DNA from: Macrostomum hystrix
Taxonomy: Eukaryota > Animalia > Platyhelminthes
Length of the DNA stretch: 64,000 nt
NCBI GenBank assembly: GCA_950097015.1
Contig: CATNEN010000039.1
Span: 13,268,001-13,332,000 of the forward strand
Direction: 5' to 3'
This document shows positions 1 through 9,400 of the stretch, in pieces; position 1 is the stretch's first letter, and the number at the start of each line of letters is the position of its first letter. The translations under genes were made by a program, and so were the position numbers. The notes below the pieces were generated by a model. The model was not told the DNA's origin. It saw only the letters and a list, made by a program, of their open reading frames with translations, and made no database searches.

Positions 1-230
1 GAATAAGAATGGGATGCGTGAATCAGAATGGGATCTGTGAATCAGAATGGGATCTGTGAATCAGAATGGGATCTGTGAATCAGAATGGGATCTGTGAATC
101 AGAATGGGATCTGTGAATCATAATGGGATCTGTGAATCAGAATGGGATCTAATTAAATCAGAATGGGATCTGTGAATCAGAATGGGATCTGTGAATCAGA
201 ATGGGATCTGTGAATCAGAATGGGATTTGT
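1..230. repeat. 19-bp minisatellite GAATCAGAATGGGATCTGT (array continues off the window start)
   Basis: Direct reading of tandem units. Confidence 0.95.
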
Positions 231-801
231 TGACCGGATTATGATTGTATGTGTAATTATCTGAGTCTGCAATTAGCCTTACAATGAAATCGTCTGGGAA
301 TTAGATTGCTACCTGAAAACATGTTAGAAGAAAAGTATTTTTATGTACGATATAAGTTCCATTTCGGCGGTTTGCGCACTCGCTACTGTAAGTAGTGACA
401 AGAAGCTAATGAAAAAATCCTGGTTTTGAATGAAATAAAAGCATGCATAAATATTCATTTTGATATATTTTTCTTTAAAAAACTGATGCTTATCGAACAA
501 ATGGCAAATAGAGACAAACAAATAAAAACAAGGTTTGATATCTAGGAAGCCACAGCTGAGCATTATGACAGATAAGAGATTAGCGAAAACGAAATGTTTA
601 ATATTCGATTGCCATCTTTATAAAGCAGACTTCAACCACAAAAACAAATTGTGCACACAAAGTAGGTCAAAGTTTCGAAAGCAACATATACAATAAAAGG
701 GCAAAACAAAATACTATATAACTCTGCTACACTTATAACAAAAAGTCTGCTTATTACTCGATGCAAGCCTAACAGGAAATACACGTCAAATATGTGACCA
801 A

Positions 802-1849
802 TGTCTAACAGGTGATCAGTGTCTAACAGGTGATCAGTGTCTAACAGGTGATCAGTGTCTAACAGGTGATCAGTGTCTAACAGGTGATCAGTGTCTAACA
901 GGTGATCAGTGTCTAACAAGTGATCAGTGTCTAACAGGTGATCAATATCTAACAGGTGATCTATATGTCTAACATGTGATCAATGTCTAACAGATGATCA
1001 GTGTCTAACAGGTGATCAGTGTCTAACAGGTGATCGGTGTCTAACAGGTGATCAGTTTCTAACAGGTGATCAGTGTCTAACAAGTGATCAGTGTCTAACA
1101 GGTGATCAATATCTAACAGGTGATCTATATGTCTAACATGTGATCAATGTCTAACAGATGATCAGTGTCTAACAGGTGATCAGTGTCTAACAGGTGATCA
1201 GTGTCTAACAGGTGATCAGTGTCTAACAGGTGATCAGTGTCTAACAGGTGATCAGTGTCTAAGAAGTGATCAGTGTCTAACAGGTGATCAATATCTAACA
1301 GGTGATCTATATGTCTAACATGTGATCAATGTCTAACAGATGATCAGTGTCTAACAGGTGATCAGTGTCTAACAGGTGATCAGTGTCTAACAGGTGATTG
1401 GTTTCTAACAGGTGATCAGTTTCTAACAGGTGATCAGTGTCTAACAGGTGATCAGTGTCTAACAGGTGATCAGTGTCTAACAAGTGATCAGTGTCTAACA
1501 GGTGATCAATATCAAACAGGTGATCTATATGTCTAACATGTGATCAGTGTCTAACAGGTGATCAGTGTCTAACAGGTGATCAGTGTCTAACAAGTGATCA
1601 GTGTCTAACAGGTGATCAGTTTCTAACAGGTGATCAGTGTCTAACAAGTGATCAGTGTCTAACAGGTGATTAATGTCTAACAGGTGAACAATGTCTACCA
1701 TGTGATCAATGTCTAACAGGTGATCAATGTCTAACAGGTAATCAGTGTCTAAGGGGTGATCAATATATCCAGCGGGTGATTAATGTCTAACAGGTGAACA
1801 ATATCTAACAGGTGATCAGTGTCTAACAGGTGAACAATATCTAACAGGT
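802..1849. repeat. 18-bp satellite GTCTAACAGGTGATCAGT, unit 1 array
   Basis: Direct reading. Confidence 0.97.
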
Positions 1850-2322
1850 TGTAGCCTAACAAACAATTAAATTGTCAACAAAGGTTTACAAAGTAATAAT
1901 TTTCCAACAATTGCACTTTAATCATCTAAGCTTAACGTGTACTTGTTTGTTTTTTTCAAAACAAGAGAAAAAAATGTGTTTACGTTATGAAAACGTTTTG
2001 AAAACTAAAGAAGCGTGTAATGTTAACAATTGAAAATACATAGGCAACATATTCTGATGTTGGACAATAATACTATAAATTAAAATAATTTTTTGAGAAC
2101 CTTAAAACCCTTTTGTACAATCGATACTATACAAAAGTGGAAGCAGATTAAAAATTATTTAACAAAAAATTGAATACTTTTGTGAAGCATATATTGCAAA
2201 GCAACAAGTTCTAAAATGATAAATAAATAAGGAAGCGGATCCGCATATACTACTGACCAAACTGACCAAGAAACTTTCTTGTAAACTTGTAAACTTACAT
2301 TGCACGATCTGGTCCATTAGTG

Positions 2323-2511
2323 TCAAAGATTGTACATGTATTGCGCAATCACTACAAACACCAGTGAAAGAAAAAAATAAACATTTAGCTGCAAATGAAA
2401 GATGAGAACTGATGATATTGTTGTGAGTACCATAGCAGACGACACTAGGAATAATTTACTGATGTTGGAGGCGAACTTCATGATAACACCCATGATCATA
2501 CCGCCGATGGC
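2323..2511 (-). pseudogene. Orphan duplicate of the SLC35A4 last coding exon (unit 1)
   Basis: Near-identical to 60463-60651 (one L>S change). Acceptor is retained but upstream exons are absent. Confidence 0.9.
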
Positions 2512-2554
2512 CTGTGAAACGGCGAATGCAATGATTAATTAGCGAAATTGACTA

Positions 2555-3268
2555 TAATCTACCAGATTTATCTACTAGAATCTAACAGATTCATCTACTA
2601 GAATCTACTAGGATTATCTACTAGAATCTACCTGATTTATCTACTAGAATCTACTAGGATTATCTACTAGAATCTACTAGGATTATCTACTAGAATCTAC
2701 TAGGATTATCTACTAAAATCTAACAGATTCATCTACTAGAATCTACCAGATTCATCCACTACAATCTACCAGATTTGTCTACTAGAATCTACCTATCTAC
2801 TTCTATTATTTATTATTTATTTACTAGAATCTATCCGATCTTTCTACTAGAATCTACCAGATCTATTTACTAGAATCTACCAGCATTATCTACTAGAATC
2901 TACGAGATTAATCTACTAGAATCTACCAGCATTATCTACTAGAATCTACCAGATTTATTTACTAGAATCTACCAGATTTATCTACTAGAGTCTACCAGCA
3001 TTATGTACTAGAATCTACCAGCATTATCTACTAGAATCTACCAGATTTATTTACTAGAACCTACCAGATTTATCTACTAGAGTCTACCAGATTTATCTAC
3101 TAGAATCTACCAGCATTATCTACTAGAATCTACCAGATTTATTTACTAGAATCTAACAGATTTATCTACTAGAGTCTACCAGCATTATGTACTAGAATCT
3201 ACCAGATTTGTCTACTAGAATCTTCCAGATATATCTACTAGAATCTACCAGATTTATCTACTAGAATC
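2555..3268. repeat. 23-bp minisatellite CTACTAGAATCTACCAGATTTAT (junction-containing array)
   Basis: Direct reading. Each unit contains the inverted repeat AATCT-ACC-AGATT. Confidence 0.95.
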
Positions 3269-3733
3269 AACTTCGAAATGCTCAGATTCTGGCATTTTGA
3301 CTTTGCTATATTCGAAATTGATTCAATAATACTCGTAGATGTTGTATTTTAAATTAATATTCTGCTTCCTGGAAATCGATACAATTTTGGAGTAATTTTA
3401 TGGTATGTAGCTTAAACGGTGTGTTATTCACTCAATCGTGAATAATAATTCGGCATGTTCACATGTAGTGCAATTGACACAAGCGAGCCCCAACGCCGAG
3501 CACAGCTCACCGTGTATTTAGCGCTAACAAATATACGGGCACGCTCTAAGTCTCACAAGACCTTTGAGGACTGTAGCATTTGTGGGCAACAACAGCAGTC
3601 TATGGTAACAAGACAATAAGCGCACATCACCGAGCATAGCTACCTACATGCATACGAATAGCTAAAAAACAATTAGCTAACAAATAGCTTACACACACAC
3701 TCAGCATTTGGCAAGTCAGGAGAGACGGAGTCG

Positions 3734-3767
3734 GTCACGTGATCAGCCCCGAACGGAAATATAAATA
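3734..3767 (+). promoter_or_regulatory. Core promoter of secreted-protein gene copy 1: E-box GTCACGTGA, ETS-like CGGAAA, TATAAATA
   Basis: Motifs at 3734-3742, 3754-3759 and 3760-3767, about 165 nt upstream of the ATG. Conserved in all three copies. Confidence 0.55.
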
Positions 3768-3926
3768 TCGACGCTGGTTAGCCTGCTAAATCACGCGCCT
3801 GTGGGAATCCTTCTTCAGGACAGAGCAACGCCCAATTCTTATTATTTTGCTTCAGACGCTCAAGACTTTTAGTTGCTTTCAGACCAGACCTGTCAGCAGC
3901 GGAGAAACAGACAACAGGCAAAGAAT

Positions 3927-4520
3927 ATGAACAGTTTCACAACAGTTCTGCTGCTGCTGCTACTTGCACTGTCGATTTCAACCACTGGTAAGTTGAAGCC
4001 AAGCTCTTATATTGTCTTATTGAAAGTCTCGCAATAGACAGGAGAAGAAAAAAGACACTAATTATTTTTATCTCCAGATGCAGCAACTATCTCCTCAGGC
4101 CAGCGTCGCCTAGTTCGCAGATCTAACGTAAACGCTGCTGACTACGATCCGAGCCTCACAAAGTTTACTGACGACTGTCCGAATGGCTACATTGCCCATC
4201 TGAAGTTTAACGCCAGTAAGTCCTCTGGAAGAATTTGGATCAATCACATATACTGTTTCGCCAATCGATTTCCTAATTCAATTCCAGCAACTGGCCTATT
4301 CGGCTGCGCCATCAGAACGCCGGAGATTTGCTTCGTGTTGTGCGAGATGATGCGCAGCGACAACTGGGATCCCACTAACGTGGTGTCCATTCTGGATAAC
4401 AGAGAATTCGACGGCTGGTACTGTAGGGCCCTGCCTCAATACGCCACCAGACCGTGCTTCTACAAGTCCAAGTACGAGACTCTGCTTGATGTGAGGCAGA
4501 TGTACACAAGAGATCGATAG
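3927..4520 (+). CDS. Novel secreted Cys-rich preproprotein, copy 1 (exons 3927-3987, 4078-4215, 4288-4520; 143 aa)
   Basis: Manual splice and translation: MNSFTTVLLLLLLALSISTTDA-ATISSGQRRLVRR-SNVNAADYDPSLTKFTDDCPNGYIAHLKFNATTGLFGCAIRTPEICFVLCEMMRSDNWDPTNVVSILDNREFDGWYCRALPQYATRPCFYKSKYETLLDVRQMYTRDR*. Both introns are GTAAGT...CTAAT...CCAG (90 and 72 nt, both phase 1). Hydrophobic signal peptide, upstream TATA box, AATAAA at 4588-4593. Confidence 0.85.
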
Positions 4521-4904
4521 ATGTACTACTAGCCAGATTACTGCCAGAACTGTGCGGAACTGTCCGGAGGCTCTGCAGATCGACATTAATAAACAATAGT
4601 AAAAATGCAACTCGTATATGCTTTGCAATGCAGTGAAAATATTATCTCCGATTGCTGGCGTGTGCGTGTGTGTGCTTGAATTCTTTAGGGCCTAAGCATA
4701 ATCGATTAATGTCTTAACTCCAGTGAAATATATGAAATACATTAATATTCTAATAACCAAATATAGTTTTGGCAATTCAACAAAATACCCGAAGATGACA
4801 GCAATGACTGAAAACGCAACCACTAAAACATGGCCTAAGTAATTATGGCATTTCTTGTGTATTAACTCAAATAGACGATAAATGGCTACAGATATATAGC
4901 CATA

Positions 4905-4955
4905 TAGATATATAGATTATAGATAGATAGATATAGATAGATTGATTGATAGATG
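4905..4955. repeat. (GATA)n microsatellite, unit 1 (no PLE)
   Basis: Direct reading. Confidence 0.85.
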
Positions 4956-6439
4956 GAATTTTCGCAAGGCAAAGTTGAAAAAGTACATTTATAGGATTCC
5001 ACAAGAAAACTTTTTTTAGCCATCAGTTGAAGGACAGCCCGGGCATCGGAAATTCCTGCCCGTTTCGCCCCCGAAAATAATCCTACAATTTCGCAGACAA
5101 ATTACCGGCGCAAGGAATGCAAATCTAAAAATGGCTGATGTGCTATGTCCCAGCAACTAAAGTGATTACACTCACTGCGGCCATTCATGCTAGCAAGGGC
5201 TAGGGCTAGGGCTAGCAAGATCTGCAGAAATCAAGAAATCAAAGACGTTCTAGAAATTATTTGTCCAAGCTACGAATATTACGCGATCCTACATAAAAAT
5301 CCCAATCAAACACGGTTTCCAAGAAACACGAAACTAAATAATTCAAACGTCAGAGAGTAATCTTCTAAAAATTAACATTTCTAATTCATCAGACTAAATT
5401 AGAATGATTAGATAAACGGGTTCTCAGAATGAGTATTACTTAGAAATTCAGCTTGAAAAAAATCTTTCAAAATTATATTTCCTAGAAATTTTATTGCTTA
5501 AAGAGATGATAACTTGAACACTCAGGTGTTTTGAAAAAGAAAGATTTCTTGGAAAACGTGCACTTTCTTTGAGTAACACTCTTTATATTGTTAATTTATC
5601 AACTTTTGAACCGATACGAATTCGCTAATGAGGCTTATATTATATGTCCTTGTCACCAGGGTCTTCGACAAAAAACTGCTGAATATCTCGACATGCTGAC
5701 TTGGACAACTAACAAATTAGTTAATCATAAGCTTTGATTCCGTCAATTATTTGATATTTCAGAGTAGGAAATTTCTTATAATATTCCGTCACGGACGTGA
5801 TCCGTGTTCTTTGACTTTTATTTATATCAGATGCCACTTAAAACAATTTCAGGCCAATATAGAAACCTTCGCAATAATGGCCTTGTGTTGTAAGGTGACA
5901 ATTGAAGTGCTCTTGTGAGATTGTAAAAGCGACTTTTATTTAGACTTTCTCTTTGGTTAATGAAATTCAAAGTTTTATTTTTACATTATTCTTTATTAAT
6001 ATTAGTAGAATTTAATAATCAAATTGATATTTCAATTCCATGCCTACCGAGACATTTTTAAAGGTTCCTAGATTGTTTTAAATTTAACACACCGTAATAT
6101 AAGGAAAATCACAATCGAACATTATCCGAAATCTACATGCAACTGACATATTTAACAAATCACTTTTCAGAATCAGCCAAGATTATAATTGGATCTGACA
6201 GACTCATAAATTAGCATCATTACTTTCTAGATATTGCTGTTAAGTGTACCAACGGAAGCTTTTAAACAATGAACAGAAGCAGTTAATGATTATCAATAAA
6301 AGTATATGACTTTCGAAGCGACTGCCGACAGCAATTGGAGAAAGTGGTTCGAGTATAAAACTATAGGCGATAAACAAATGGCTTCGTGTAATGAGTAGCA
6401 CTACTCATACCCAAGTAATCTCGGAAATGAATATTCGTA

Positions 6440-9400
6440 TGGATTATGCAACCTAGGGACTGTAGGATGTTTAGGGAGTATGCAATCTGGGGAATGTAGG
6501 ATGTTTAGGGAGTATGCAATCTGGGGAATGCAGGATGTTTAGGGAGTATGCAATCTGGGGAATGTAGGATGTTTAGGGAGTATGCAATCTGGGGAATGTA
6601 GGATGTTTAGGGAGTATGCAATCTGGGGAATGTAGGATGTTTAGGGAGTATGCAATCTGGGGAATGTAGGATATGTAAGGAGTATGTAATCTGGGGAATG
6701 CAGGATGTTTAGGGAGTATGTAATCTGGGGAATGCAGGATGTTTAGGGAGTATGTAATCTGGGGAATGTAGGATGTTTAGGGAGTATGTAATCTGGGGAA
6801 TGCAGGATGTTTAGGGAGTATGCAATCTGGGGAATGTAGGATGTTTAGGGAGTATGCAATCTGGGGAATGCAGGATGTTTAGGGAGTATGCAATCTGGTG
6901 AATGTAGGATGTTTAGGGAGTATGCAATCTGGGGAATGTAGGATGTTTAGGGAGTATGTAATCTGGGGAATGCAGGATGTTTAGGGAGTATGCAATCTGG
7001 GGAATGTAGGATGTTTAGGGAGTATGCAATCTGGGGAATGCAGGATGTTTAGGGAGTATGCAATCTGGTGAATGTAGGATGTTTAGGGAGTATGCAATCT
7101 GGGGAATGTAGGATGTTTAGGGAGTATGTAATCTGGGGAATGCAGGATGTTTAGGGAGTATGTAATCTGGGGAATGCAGGATGTTTAAGGAGTATGCAAT
7201 CTGGGGAATGCAGGATGTTTAGGGAGTATGCAATCTGGGGAATGTAGGATGTTTAGGGAGTATGCAATCTGGGGAATGCAGGATGTTTAGGGAGTATGCA
7301 ATCTGGGGAATGCAGGATGTTTAGGGAGTATGCAATCTGGGGAATGTAGGATGTTTAGGGAGTATGCAATCTGGGGAATGCAGGATGTTTAGGGAGTATG
7401 CAATCTGGGGAATGTAGGATGTTTAGGGAGTATGCAATCTGGGGAATGTAGGATGTTTAGGGAGTATGCAATCTGGGGAATGTAGGATGTTTAGGGAGTA
7501 TGCAATCTGGGGAATGCAGGATGTTTAGGGAGTATGCAATCTGGGGAATGCAGGATGTTTAGGGAGTATGCAATCTGGGGAATGTAGGATGTTTAGGGAG
7601 TATGCAATCTGGGGAATGTAGGATGTTTAGGGAGTATGCAATCTGGGGAATGCAGGATGTTTAGGGAGTATGCAATCTGGGGAATGTAGGATGTTTAGGG
7701 AGTATGCAATCTGGGGAATGTAGGATGTTTAGGGAGTATGCAATCTGGGGAATGTAGGATGTTTAGGGAGTATGCAATCTGGGGAATGCAGGATGTTTAG
7801 GGAGTATGCAATCTGGGGAATGTAGGATGTTTAGGGAGTATGCAATCTGGGGAATGTAGGATGTTTAGGGAGTATGCAATCTGGGGAATGTAGGATGTTT
7901 AGGGAGTATGCAATCTGGGGAATGTAGGATGTTTAGGGAGTATGCAATCTGGGGAATGCAGGATGTTTAGGGAGTATGCAATCTGGGGAATGTAGGATGT
8001 TTAGGGAGTATGCAATCTGGGGAATGCAGGATGTTTAGGGAGTATGCAATCTGGGGAATGTAGGATGTTTAGGGAGTATGCAATCTGGGGAATGTAGGAT
8101 GTTTAGGGAGTATGCAATCTGGGGAATGTAGGATGTTTAGGGAGTATGCAATCTGGGGAATGCAGGATGTTTAGGGAGTATGCAATCTGGGGAATGCAGG
8201 ATGTTTAGGGAGTATGCAATCTGGGGAATGTAGGATGTTTAGGGAGTATGCAATCTGGGGAATGTAGGATGTTTAGGGAGTATGCAATCTGGGGAATGCA
8301 GGATGTTTAGGGAGTATGCAATCTGGGGAATGTAGGATGTTTAGGGAGTATGCAATCTGGGGAATGTAGGATGTTTAGGGAGTATGCAATCTGGGGAATG
8401 TAGGATGTTTAGGGAGTATGCAATCTGGGGAATGCAGGATGTTTAGGGAGTATGCAATCTGGGGAATGTAGGATGTTTAGGGAGTATGCAATCTGGGGAA
8501 TGTAGGATGTTTAGGGAGTATGCAATCTGGGGAATGCAGGATGTTTAGGGAGTATGCAATCTGGGGAATGTAGGATGTTTAGGGAGTATGCAATCTGGGG
8601 AATGTAGGATGTTTAGGGAGTATGCAATCTGGGGAATGTAGGATGTTTAGGGAGTATGCAATCTGGGGAATGTAGGATGTTTAGGGAGTATGCAATCTGG
8701 GGAATGTAGGATGTTTAGGGAGTATGCAATCTGGGGAATGTAGGATGTTTAGGGAGTATGCAATCTGGGGAATGCAGGATGTTTAGGGAGTATGCAATCT
8801 GGGGAATGCAGGATGTTTAGGGAGTATGCAATCTGGGGAATGTAGGATGTTTAGGGAGTATGCAATCTGGGGAATGTAGGATGTTTAGGGAGTATGCAAT
8901 CTTGGGAATGTAGGATGTTTAGGGAGTATGCAATCTGGGGAATGCAGGATGTTTAGGGAGTATGCAATCTGGGGAATGCAGGATGTTTAGGGAGTATGCA
9001 ATCTGGGGAATGTAGGATGTTTAGGGAGTATGCAATCTGGGGAATGTAGGATGTTTAGGGAGTATGCAATCTGGGGAATGTAGGATGTTTAGGGAGTATG
9101 CAATCTGGGGAATGCAGGATGTTTAGGGAGTATGCAATCTGGGGAATGTAGGATGTTTAGGGAGTATGCAATCTGGGGAATGTAGGATGTTTAGGGAGTA
9201 TGCAATCTGGGGAATGTAGGATGTTTAGGGAGTATGCAATCTGGGGAATGTAGGATGTTTAGGGAGTATGCAATCTGGGGAATGCAGGATGTTTAGGGAG
9301 TATGCAATCTGGGGAATGTAGGATGTTTAGGGAGTATGCAATCTGGGGAATGCAGGATGTTTAGGGAGTATGCAATCTGGGGAATGTAGGATGTTTAGGG

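Noticed and set aside
324-563. 79-84 aa hydrophobic ORF MLSCGFLDIK... repeated in four units
   Set aside because: AT-rich Phe/Ile/Lys-biased sequence. The stop position differs between copies, and recurrence is explained by the segmental duplication.
4296-4628. Minus-strand ORFs of 110 and 73 aa (and their copies at about 47.6 and 54.9 kb)
   Set aside because: Antisense shadows of exon 3 of the secreted-protein gene, with no independent gene signals.
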